From: a virus
Lineage: Duplodnaviria; Caudoviricetes
Direction: 5' to 3' (one strand)
Virus record (IMG/VR): IMGVR_UViG_3300028592_000014
Span: 1 to 54,406 of that record
Length of the DNA: 54,406 nucleotides
In this document: positions 46,851-54,406 of the stretch, piece after piece
Layout: every line of letters begins with the position of its first letter
Position numbering within the stretch: the stretch's first letter is position 1
Translations under genes and position numbers: made by a program
Notes under the pieces: generated by a model
Databases searched by the model: none
Told to the model about the DNA's origin: nothing
What the model saw: the letters and a program-made list of their open reading frames with translations, nothing else

Positions 46851-47017
46851 GCAAAGACCTTATTGAGCGCCTGAGTGCTGCAGCCATCCATTCTGAAATG
46901 GGACGCAAGCCCGATCCAACATCAATCTTCCGTATGGCAGTCGCCCGCATATCCGAGTTGGAGCAGGAGAATGCGGAGTTGAAAGCGAATTCCACCCGCC
47001 CTGATTCCAATACGTAG
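46847..47017 (+). CDS. 56-aa hypothetical protein
   Basis: DLIERL...RI.ELE; ATGA coupling. Confidence 0.55.
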   Translation: MSKDLIERLSAAAIHSEMGRKPDPTSIFRMAVARISELEQENAELKANSTRPDSNT

Positions 47018-47108
47018 CAGCAGATATTTTGATGGAAATTGCGTGTACACTTGGCAAGTTAACAATTACGTACTATTACTTACCAACAATTTCCTACTAT
47101 CACTTACC

Positions 47109-48197
47109 ATGCAATCCAAAATATCCAAGCTCGCAACATTGATGAAATACGCCTCACTCGCTAAGGCGAAAACGGGCAAGTCTCACGTCGCCCAATTTAT
47201 GGAGCTGCGGCGTTTCTTTGCTGGCGAGCACAAGCTGGGCATGGAGGAGTATTACGAGCTTGAAATGTTCGATGACCGAGCGTATCAGGGGCTTTCGACT
47301 GCGGATTGCATTGGATGGCGGACGAGTGCCGCTTTGGACAAGAAACTGAATCAAGCTTATTGGCGAGCGATTGCGAACGACAAGCTGCTTAACTACGCCC
47401 TTCTTCAGCACTACGGTTTCAATATCCCCGAGACGGTCGCTATCTTCTCACCTGATGGACGGCGCATTGGCAGCGAAACATGTTTACGAACCGAGGATGA
47501 GCTAAGGGAATTTGTCGCTACCTCACTTCGATATCCGATCTTTGCAAAGCCGGTGAGCGCGGCATTCGGTCGCGGCACTTACCTGTTGACAGGTTTTGAT
47601 TCGGCATCCTCAAGATTCACCGACGTGCATGGGAATCGTGTGCCGTTCGCTGAATTCTTGAAAGACTGCACCAACCGCTTTCATAACGGGATGTTATTCC
47701 AGAAGTGCCTGCAGCCGCACCCCGACGTTCGAGCAATGACCGGGCCGATGACTAGCTGCGTGCGCGTCATTCTGCTGGTGCACAACAATCGACCACAAGT
47801 GCATATGGCATTTTGGAAGATCGCCCGCGCCCACAACATCACCGACAACTTTTGCATGGGTGAAACGGGCAACCTGTTGGCCTGGGTGGATAAAGACAGT
47901 GGCAGAATTGACCGCGTGATTACAGGACTTTGGCCGGATGGCGTAGAGGTGGCAACGCATCCAGACACGCGCCAGACATTGAAGGGGAAGGTGCTGCCGG
48001 ATTGGGGAAAGGCAGTGGAGATGTGCTGCGCTGCAGCCATCAATTTCCCAGGCTTGCGGCTGCAAAACTGGGATGTGGCATTCTGCGAACAGGGGCCAGT
48101 GTTGATGGAGTTGAATACCGAATCCGATCTTGCCATTCCTCAATATCTTGGGCGAACACCGTTTATCAATGACTCGATCCGGGCGGCACTGGCGTGA
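47109..48197 (+). CDS. Sugar-transfer-associated ATP-grasp ligase (ATPgrasp_ST-like); start uncertain
   Basis: NDK, FAKP....GRG, Q....HP, DNF..G, HPDT, PDW, WDVA....GP.LME.N. Confidence 0.85.
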   Translation: MQSKISKLATLMKYASLAKAKTGKSHVAQFMELRRFFAGEHKLGMEEYYELEMFDDRAYQGLSTADCIGWRTSAALDKKLNQAYWRAIANDKLLNYALLQHYGFNIPETVAIFSPDGRRIGSETCLRTEDELREFVATSLRYPIFAKPVSAAFGRGTYLLTGFDSASSRFTDVHGNRVPFAEFLKDCTNRFHNGMLFQKCLQPHPDVRAMTGPMTSCVRVILLVHNNRPQVHMAFWKIARAHNITDNFCMGETGNLLAWVDKDSGRIDRVITGLWPDGVEVATHPDTRQTLKGKVLPDWGKAVEMCCAAAINFPGLRLQNWDVAFCEQGPVLMELNTESDLAIPQYLGRTPFINDSIRAALA

Positions 48198-48198
48198 G

Positions 48199-48729
48199 TT
48201 ACTTGGCGTCGTGCTCTGAGCTATTCGTCACCGCCTGAAGCTGCTTGTAGAAGTCTCGGAGCCCAAGGGCTTGTTCTCTCCATGCGAGGCAGGCGGTTGC
48301 ATTGAAGGCATTGGCTTCTGCGACTTCAGCAAGCGGAATGCCGGAGGGTTGGCGGTCAGGCTCGGCGGGAGGTCCGGGAGGCTCACTTGACCAGGCGGCA
48401 TCGTGGACGCGCACGAAGCCAGCATTGACAGTGCAGTTAGCGTTATCAGCTTGGGTAACATAGACAGGGACTTCTTTTTCAATTGTTTCACCTTTGATGT
48501 AGATTTTCTGGATGCGGTCGCGGTATTCGACCTCCTTCTGAATGACTACTTTAGTCTGGGCCTGCGCGATCTTCACGGTCTGCGCAGCCTGCTTGGCCAC
48601 ATACTCAAGGTGCTTTTCTCCCGCAATGCGTTCGCCCCGAATTTGCCCAAGCAGGAAAATGGATGCAGCGGCCAAGGCCAGCGCAAGCCACTTCGACCAC
48701 GACGGCAGGGCGACAGATAGCAGGCTCAT
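48199..48729 (-). CDS. Rz: i-spanin (Rz-like)
   Basis: N-terminal TM, KEVPVYV, GFVRVHDAA. Confidence 0.8.
   Translation of the reverse strand: MSLLSVALPSWSKWLALALAAASIFLLGQIRGERIAGEKHLEYVAKQAAQTVKIAQAQTKVVIQKEVEYRDRIQKIYIKGETIEKEVPVYVTQADNANCTVNAGFVRVHDAAWSSEPPGPPAEPDRQPSGIPLAEVAEANAFNATACLAWREQALGLRDFYKQLQAVTNSSEHDAK
48228..48461 (-). CDS. Rz1: Embedded o-spanin lipoprotein
   Basis: LASC lipobox, Pro-rich, nested in Rz in another frame. Confidence 0.75.
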   Translation of the reverse strand: MLPKLITLTALSMLASCASTMPPGQVSLPDLPPSLTANPPAFRLLKSQKPMPSMQPPASHGENKPLGSETSTSSFRR

Positions 48730-48905
48730 GATTCAGCCTTCGCCGTCGCCTTCTGCGCGACATTACCGACGATATAAGCGCCCACGGTTGCGATCACCAC
48801 GGCGGAATACACACCATCAGCAATATGCCCCGCATAGACAAGCCATGTCGCCGAAGCGAGCGTTGCCAGCGCCAGAAGGAACTTCCTGCTTGCGTACCGT
48901 TTCAT
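48726..48905 (-). CDS. 59-aa two-TM holin-like protein
   Basis: SRKFLL...AYIVGNV; GGAGG SD. Confidence 0.7.
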   Translation of the reverse strand: MKRYASRKFLLALATLASATWLVYAGHIADGVYSAVVIATVGAYIVGNVAQKATAKAES

Positions 48906-49408
48906 TGCGCCTCCATGCATTTCTTGTGCCGCTCTTGTGCTCGCAACCAAACGCCGCGACAGTTGTTTTCACGGATAGAGCAATCTCTTCCGGCTGCTCT
49001 ACGAGAATCAAGATTCAAATATGCTTCACACGCTGCAACATAGTTCCCGGCGTTGATGTTCTTTACCACCTCAGATCGACAGGTGCCGCCAGATCCGCGC
49101 CAATAACCAAAATCCACCAGAATGTCCCACTCCTCTTGGTGCAAATCGCCAGTCACGCACCGCTTGAGCTGAAGTTCATCCTTGCCAATGTGGGCGATAC
49201 TCTTACGCATCGCCTTAACGGGCGTAGTCTTATCGCCCATCTTTACTGGTGAACCATCCTCATGAAATGTGCTTCCGAATCCAACCGTTGGCCGGTCACC
49301 TTTGATCGGAATGATGGACGTATCTGTGTAGCCTTCATTCGTCACGATTCCAATAAACCCTGCCGCCGAAAGAGTCAGCGCCGTGACAGCGATCCGCACC
49401 TTGCTCAT
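48902..49408 (-). CDS. SAR-type GH24 endolysin
   Basis: Ala/Gly-rich N-terminal anchor, EG, GD.PT.GFGST, G...R...R. Confidence 0.88.
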   Translation of the reverse strand: MSKVRIAVTALTLSAAGFIGIVTNEGYTDTSIIPIKGDRPTVGFGSTFHEDGSPVKMGDKTTPVKAMRKSIAHIGKDELQLKRCVTGDLHQEEWDILVDFGYWRGSGGTCRSEVVKNINAGNYVAACEAYLNLDSRRAAGRDCSIRENNCRGVWLRAQERHKKCMEAQ

Positions 49409-49593
49409 GTTCTGCCACCCTTCCCTCGCCCTCTTCGCTTTCCAAGAAAACTTTGCACTGTCTTTGTCTCGTATATCCGTATCGCCCCCCAAATAATCGA
49501 TACCAGAGCGGCAATTGATGGCAGCCATCCGGCCAAAGTGGTAAAAACAACGCTAAGAGATAGCGTGTCGCCGAGTGACTTGAGATTGTCCAT
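49405..49593 (-). CDS. Holin / pinholin candidate
   Basis: Two hydrophobic segments, IRIYET, basic tail; coupled to endolysin. Confidence 0.75.
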   Translation of the reverse strand: MDNLKSLGDTLSLSVVFTTLAGWLPSIAALVSIIWGAIRIYETKTVQSFLGKRRGRGKGGRT

Positions 49594-49625
49594 GCGAATC
49601 CTTGTTTTTCGTTTATTGAGGGTGG

Positions 49626-49778
49626 TTAGTGAGGAAAACCGAAATACCGCAGTGCCGCTCTGTAACCGGCCTGTAGGTGTTCGGGGGAATAGGGGTAATC
49701 CGGGAATGGAAGCAGGTAGAACAGAAGCCAGATCGCCAGCATTGCAATGGCGACCCCGACGATAAAGATGCGGTCCAT
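49626..49778 (-). CDS. 50-aa single-TM protein (not in ORF track)
   Basis: MDRIFIVGVAIAMLAIWLLFYLLPFP...; weak SD. Confidence 0.45.
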   Translation of the reverse strand: MDRIFIVGVAIAMLAIWLLFYLLPFPDYPYSPEHLQAGYRAALRYFGFPH

Positions 49779-49789
49779 GTTTTGCCCAT

Positions 49790-49812
49790 AAAAAAACCCG
49801 CTCAAGGCGGGT
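49790..49812 (-). terminator. Intrinsic terminator
   Basis: ACCCGC/GCGGGT stem plus T-run. Confidence 0.85.
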
Positions 49813-49838
49813 TGTGTTGATTCGGATTGCTTGCGCTG

Positions 49839-51176
49839 CTAACTGGCGCGTATGTAATGATTTTTGAATGCTTCTGCGATAGCGCCTGGCCGCAAATGTG
49901 TTTCTTCCAGATGCCAGAGCTTGTTTGATATTCCATCGCCGCGATCCGTCATCCGGTACACGTCGAGGAAGTCTAGGCCAGCGGCGAGCGCATGAGCTTT
50001 CAGGCGTTCATTGAACTGCCTGATGACAGAAACAAGCTGCGCCGCTTTATCTGCTTCCAGTGACGACAAATCCCAATTCGTTGCCGGAACGCCGCAGATG
50101 ATCACTTTGAAGTCGCGTTCTGTCGTCTGGCTCGCAACGTAATCTATATAGCCGGAAACAGTCCGTTCAATGATGCCCTCTACCGTGCCGCCCTTGGTGT
50201 GCAATACCTTGATGACCCCCTCATCTGGACGACAATCGATTTCGCCAACGGTCAGCAGGATCGATGACCCATTCGGCAAGGAACGGAGAATTGATTCGAA
50301 CTGCGGTTTGAAGCGATTCCTATCCTCCGATCGCAAATGCCATTGCTTACAACCAAGTATCCAACTGCTGCGGCAACGCATCGCCTTCCCATCAATGGTA
50401 ATAAGGGTGTTATGTGGCGAAAGGGAATGGCTCTCGCCAATAACATGCAGCGCTTCGCTTTGCTCATTCGTAGACGCCGGGGAAAAAGCGATAAGGGATG
50501 CCAAATAGCGAAAATAATTATGTAGCTTGGTGGAGCCTATCACCTGCGAGTTTTGATATACGTCGATGATGGCTTGAGTCTCTCGAATATCGCCGCGCAA
50601 AAAGCGCAATACTGCAAGAAATGCGGCTGAATCAGCAACCCAAGCGTCAAGCGGATTACCCAAAATTCTGGTGAAGCAGTCTATCGCGCCGCTCATGTCG
50701 CCGGACGAATACAGTGCGCTACCGAGATTATGGGCAACGCCGCTGTCGTTCGTCCGTATCTCTAGCGTTTTCTTGTAATACACAATGGCCTGATCTATTT
50801 CTCCGACTGTGTACGAGATAGTGGCCAAATTGTTATACGGCGCATAATAGGCTGGATCGCAGGCAATGGCCTGCTGATAACACTTGATGGCTTGGTCATG
50901 CATCTTTTGGCTGAGGAAGACATTCCCAAGATTTTTATGCGCCTCTGCAAAATCTGGCTTTGCCGATATCGCCCTGTTTAGATACATAGACGCCATCTCA
51001 CGCTGGTCTTCACGGAGGGATATCATCCCCAGCAAATTCAATGCGCCCGGCTGTTCTGATCTGACCCCAATGATCTGCAAACAAAATGACTTCGACGCCG
51101 CCAATCTTCCGGCCTGGTAGTGCTCTTTGGCTATATCAATTGCTTGGTCAATCGTAAGCGTTACGTCCTGCCCCAT
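49839..51176 (-). CDS. TPR-repeat plus SGNH-hydrolase-like moron protein
   Basis: AHKNLG/YNNLA/AHNLG TPRs; IGESH, GEIDCR, EETHL; own TATAAT (51206-51211) and GGGAG SD. Confidence 0.8.
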   Translation of the reverse strand: MGQDVTLTIDQAIDIAKEHYQAGRLAASKSFCLQIIGVRSEQPGALNLLGMISLREDQREMASMYLNRAISAKPDFAEAHKNLGNVFLSQKMHDQAIKCYQQAIACDPAYYAPYNNLATISYTVGEIDQAIVYYKKTLEIRTNDSGVAHNLGSALYSSGDMSGAIDCFTRILGNPLDAWVADSAAFLAVLRFLRGDIRETQAIIDVYQNSQVIGSTKLHNYFRYLASLIAFSPASTNEQSEALHVIGESHSLSPHNTLITIDGKAMRCRSSWILGCKQWHLRSEDRNRFKPQFESILRSLPNGSSILLTVGEIDCRPDEGVIKVLHTKGGTVEGIIERTVSGYIDYVASQTTERDFKVIICGVPATNWDLSSLEADKAAQLVSVIRQFNERLKAHALAAGLDFLDVYRMTDRGDGISNKLWHLEETHLRPGAIAEAFKNHYIRAS

Positions 51177-51225
51177 CCCAACTCTCCCGCGCATTGTTTT
51201 GCGGGATTATATGCCGGAAATTGAC

Positions 51226-51789
51226 CTATTCCGGCCAACCTGATGTCGGATCAATCGCGCTCAGCTCTTCGAGAGTTTCCGTGCCGTCCAATTGGTCCTC
51301 TAAGCGCTGGCGGTAACCAATCATCCTGCCGCAATACACCTCAAATGGCTCAACCTTTGCCATGATGCGGGCAGCCATTTCTGCCTTACTCAACCCGCGC
51401 TCCGTTGCCAGCATATCAAGCAGCGGCGTCACCGCCACAGAATTGGCTAAATATGCTCGCGCTTGCTCCTCCTGCTTGGTGAAAGTTTGCTGCTCCCGCT
51501 CTGGATAGCTCGCCACAAACAACGACATGCGACGATCACATTCTGCATTTGCAGTTTTCAGCTTACTTTCTTTTGCTAGGCTCAACGCCAACGAATTTGC
51601 AGCAGACAAAAGATCCTCATCAACCACTAAAGAACTTCCTTCGCGTCGCATCGCCCCGAGGATAACTGAAGGCAACGGGCCATCGACGCGCTCATCCCAA
51701 AGCACCCTACTCGGCTCAAAATACTGGCCGCCCGGTCCAACTGCGATGATTTCTTGTGTACCCACTGGGGTGTTTACCAAAAGCTTCAT
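51226..51789 (-). CDS. Tail fibre assembly/chaperone-like protein
   Basis: YP..E..T...Q..QA..Y, TPLL..LA..RG, G.RQRLED. Confidence 0.75.
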   Translation of the reverse strand: MKLLVNTPVGTQEIIAVGPGGQYFEPSRVLWDERVDGPLPSVILGAMRREGSSLVVDEDLLSAANSLALSLAKESKLKTANAECDRRMSLFVASYPEREQQTFTKQEEQARAYLANSVAVTPLLDMLATERGLSKAEMAARIMAKVEPFEVYCGRMIGYRQRLEDQLDGTETLEELSAIDPTSGWPE

Positions 51790-52766
51790 ACAAATCCAAC
51801 CTTTCTGATGGCGAAGATGTTCCGATTGGTTGTGCCAGTGGTGCCGCCACTGCCACTCGTATGCGCCCGAATAACATCGCCCGCGCTGAGCATTACCGTT
51901 CGACTAACAACGGCTCGGCCTGTTGATCCAGCATTCCCTACTTGCGTCGAAAGCATAAGCCTGTTTGCCACAGTGATATTAGCGACAGCCGTTGTCAGTT
52001 CTGAGCTATTTACAGAAACACCAATGATGTTATCGACCGGCCCCTCATCAGAGTAATGAATTGCATACAAGCCAGTATCATTGATCGTAAAACTCGCGCC
52101 GTTCGCCGCACTATCCGCATAGGTAATCGCAGTGCCGACATTAACCATTGCAGTTGTAAATCTTCGAATCACCGTATTGGTTGACCCATAGCCGTTTCCT
52201 GTATGGACAACAACCTCATGATTTCCGACTGCCGCCACTGGGCCGGTGTCACCCTTATCACCATTTCGCGTGAACAACAGAAGAATCGAATCCCCATTCA
52301 CAAATGGACTTGTATCGCTTGAGCCCACATTCGTGACCGCCAAATTCCGGTACCCGGAAGGCACTGACAGGGCGGCTGCATTGAACGCAAGCCACTTCGT
52401 TCCATCACTCACTTTGACGAGCCGAACTTGTCCTTTCACATCGCTTGTCGAGTCGTCGAAGGTATCGAGAACATTGGTCCAGGTCTTGCCATCAGCGCCG
52501 GTTAGATCAAAGCGCATGGTTGTAGCCGCGTTCTGCGTGGCGTTATTCAAGCGCAGCATACCCGCGCCAGGATCGGAATCTGTCGTAGTGGTCGAGAACG
52601 TGTACGGGATCGCAAACGCAGTACCGGCAGCAATGGCAGTCATCGCAGCGGCTAGTTCATTCGCCTCTACGCCAAATTGAGGAATGAGACTTCCGAAGTA
52701 CGTATCAACATCAGTTTTAAACGAGCCGGACGTTCTGTCCAGCGGGGGTAATGGTGTAATTGACAT
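51786..52766 (-). CDS. Tail fibre protein
   Basis: YTFSTTT.DSDPG.G, GDKGDTG collagen-like linker, C-terminal beta-sandwich. Confidence 0.75.
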   Translation of the reverse strand: MSITPLPPLDRTSGSFKTDVDTYFGSLIPQFGVEANELAAAMTAIAAGTAFAIPYTFSTTTTDSDPGAGMLRLNNATQNAATTMRFDLTGADGKTWTNVLDTFDDSTSDVKGQVRLVKVSDGTKWLAFNAAALSVPSGYRNLAVTNVGSSDTSPFVNGDSILLLFTRNGDKGDTGPVAAVGNHEVVVHTGNGYGSTNTVIRRFTTAMVNVGTAITYADSAANGASFTINDTGLYAIHYSDEGPVDNIIGVSVNSSELTTAVANITVANRLMLSTQVGNAGSTGRAVVSRTVMLSAGDVIRAHTSGSGGTTGTTNRNIFAIRKVGFV

Positions 52767-53665
52767 TAGATGAGGCCCTCAACTTCCAGTGAGCAAAGAT
52801 GATGCGCAGGGTATGCAACATCGATTGAAAAATCCTTGAAGAATCCGTAGACGATCAAGGGCTCATAGCCTTGATACTCGGTTCCGATATAAACAGCAGG
52901 CGTGGCACGAAGCGCAACCAAGGTTCGATAGATTTTGTTGAACCGATATTTTTCGGTAATGACCTCGAACGTTCCCTTCTTGCTGTAGGCCCGCTGGACA
53001 ATGATCGTATTGCCCCACTGGTCTCGGTCCTTTTTGCTGTAATCGACGATACCGACACGCGCCCCGTATTGAGTTCCGCCGATGTCGATTACCATCCCCG
53101 GCTTGCATACGCCACAGGCCGCATCGCCACTTGTGGCAGTAATCGTGATCGTCAATTCGCAGCCTGTGAACTGCCCTGGCAGGTCCGTCAATACGGCATC
53201 GGTGCGCTGTTCGAATTCGCTGAAAAACCAGTCGTAGATGCTTTCAATGATCGTGCCGTCGAGGTCGATAGTCCGGTCATACACCACCGTCCCGCCGGGT
53301 CCGTCTTTCATCGTCGCCTGCACCTGCCTTCCCATCAGTTCAAGCAGAGCAAGGCCGGTAACGCTTCCCGGCTCCAGAACCACAGTAAGCGGAGAATCGT
53401 GGGTGGTGACGGTTCCAACTACATCATCAAACATCGCCCAACGGTTTGTCGGGCCGATGTCGAGCCAGTTTGTCGAATCGCTTTCCGGTGGCGTTGTGCC
53501 TGCCCCAGCAGTGAGGCGTTCATAGATGCGATGCGTTTCGACCCTGATTCTCTTATCTCCGATTACATACGTAGTGCCGGATACCCACACTGCATGGTCA
53601 TCCTCTGCAACCGTGCTTGAAACCAGCATTGCATCAGTGATGACTGTCGGCTTAATTACCTTCAT
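52766..53665 (-). CDS. Tail tip / minor tail protein
   Basis: W..GTTY, W.DIGPTNRWAMFD, GIVDYSKK..D. Confidence 0.75.
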   Translation of the reverse strand: MKVIKPTVITDAMLVSSTVAEDDHAVWVSGTTYVIGDKRIRVETHRIYERLTAGAGTTPPESDSTNWLDIGPTNRWAMFDDVVGTVTTHDSPLTVVLEPGSVTGLALLELMGRQVQATMKDGPGGTVVYDRTIDLDGTIIESIYDWFFSEFEQRTDAVLTDLPGQFTGCELTITITATSGDAACGVCKPGMVIDIGGTQYGARVGIVDYSKKDRDQWGNTIIVQRAYSKKGTFEVITEKYRFNKIYRTLVALRATPAVYIGTEYQGYEPLIVYGFFKDFSIDVAYPAHHLCSLEVEGLI

Positions 53666-54406
53666 GCTGTCACCTCCCGAGTAGCAAACGCGTCACCTTC
53701 AGGCATTGCGCGCTCAATCAGCCTTGCGGTCTTGTTGCCGGATTGCGCAGAGGATTTCGTCTCGGCGCTGATGTTCTCCAATAGCGCTTCGACGCGCAGC
53801 AGAACACGCTCAACGCTGGCGCTATTCCCGCCACCCTGTAGGGCGTTGATGATTGCCCGGTTATCTGCCGCTGGAATGATCCGCTCACCTTCGTGCGCCA
53901 TGATCGGCATGTCTTTGGGAAGGTAATTTGTGCCAACAGCAAAACCCGGCAGGTTCTGCAATCCGTATTTGTCTTGGATTTGCTGGAATGCGTCCTGCGT
54001 CATCCCGAACAGCATCTGGAATGTCTCGTCAATCGTATAAACCGCACCGAGAGCAGCAGATTGGGCTTGAGATACCGTAGCAGCAGCGAGCTTTGCGGCG
54101 TAGTCGTTGACGCCCTCGATAAGGTAGTAGGCATCCGGCCCCTTCTCCGCCCCATACGCGGCGATGTCGGAGAATTGGCGATCCACGATACCGCCTGTGG
54201 TTGCGCCTTCTGGCATGCCTGTGTTCGTCTGATCTTTCGTGCCGCCAGCGCCGAAATACTGGTCGAGAGCTTCCCGAACTGAAATCACGGACTTGTTCAC
54301 GTCGAGAATGCCGGTCACTGAGAGGGTAAGCATGTCGAGCTGCTGCTGCGCGACGCTGACTTGTTTATCTGCGGTGTTGGCCGCATCGTCCAGCCCGGCG
54401 CGGACC
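53662..54406 (-). CDS. Tape measure protein C-terminal part (5' end outside the window)
   Basis: FAVGTNY.P.DM....HEGERI.PAA.N motif; frame continues past the window edge. Confidence 0.75.
   Translation of the reverse strand, partial: VRAGLDDAANTADKQVSVAQQQLDMLTLSVTGILDVNKSVISVREALDQYFGAGGTKDQTNTGMPEGATTGGIVDRQFSDIAAYGAEKGPDAYYLIEGVNDYAAKLAAATVSQAQSAALGAVYTIDETFQMLFGMTQDAFQQIQDKYGLQNLPGFAVGTNYLPKDMPIMAHEGERIIPAADNRAIINALQGGGNSASVERVLLRVEALLENISAETKSSAQSGNKTARLIERAMPEGDAFATREVTA

Larger units (their letters stand above)
41417..54406. mobile_element. Phage Y (partial): tyrosine-integrase temperate phage with long-tail genes, attP intact
   Basis: xis-int-attP, second lysis cassette, tail fibre and tape-measure-like genes. 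Confidence 0.8.

Noticed and set aside
1-54406. CRISPR array, diversity-generating retroelement, retron, invertible tail-fibre cassette or IS element
   Set aside because: No spaced repeat array, reverse transcriptase, transposase or inverted fibre segments were seen; the serine recombinase is a large integrase, not an invertase.

Overview
The window is entirely temperate-phage DNA, with no recognisable host housekeeping gene; the host is probably betaproteobacterial (inference). It reads as two phages, each with an intact, unrecombined attP, joined through a shared gene. Phage X is a complete 41,188-bp podovirus-type unit bounded by a 97%-identical 231-bp direct repeat (1..231 and 41189..41419). 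It carries a large serine integrase whose attP (a 46-bp inverted repeat containing the 3' end of tRNA-Glu) lies inside the 3' end of the gene, followed by nuclease, lysis, ejection, tail, capsid, portal, terminase, Q, RuvC-like, DnaB-like, initiator, cro/cI switch, RecT/YqaJ and a mosaic early operon. Phage Y (41417..54406, incomplete) has xis, a tyrosine integrase, attP (3' half of tRNA-Ser(CGA) with arm repeats on both sides and a LexA box), accessory genes, an ATP-grasp moron, a SAR-endolysin lysis cassette, a TPR-SGNH moron and long-tail (sipho-type) genes. All product calls come from reading motifs and gene order by eye; no database search was run.
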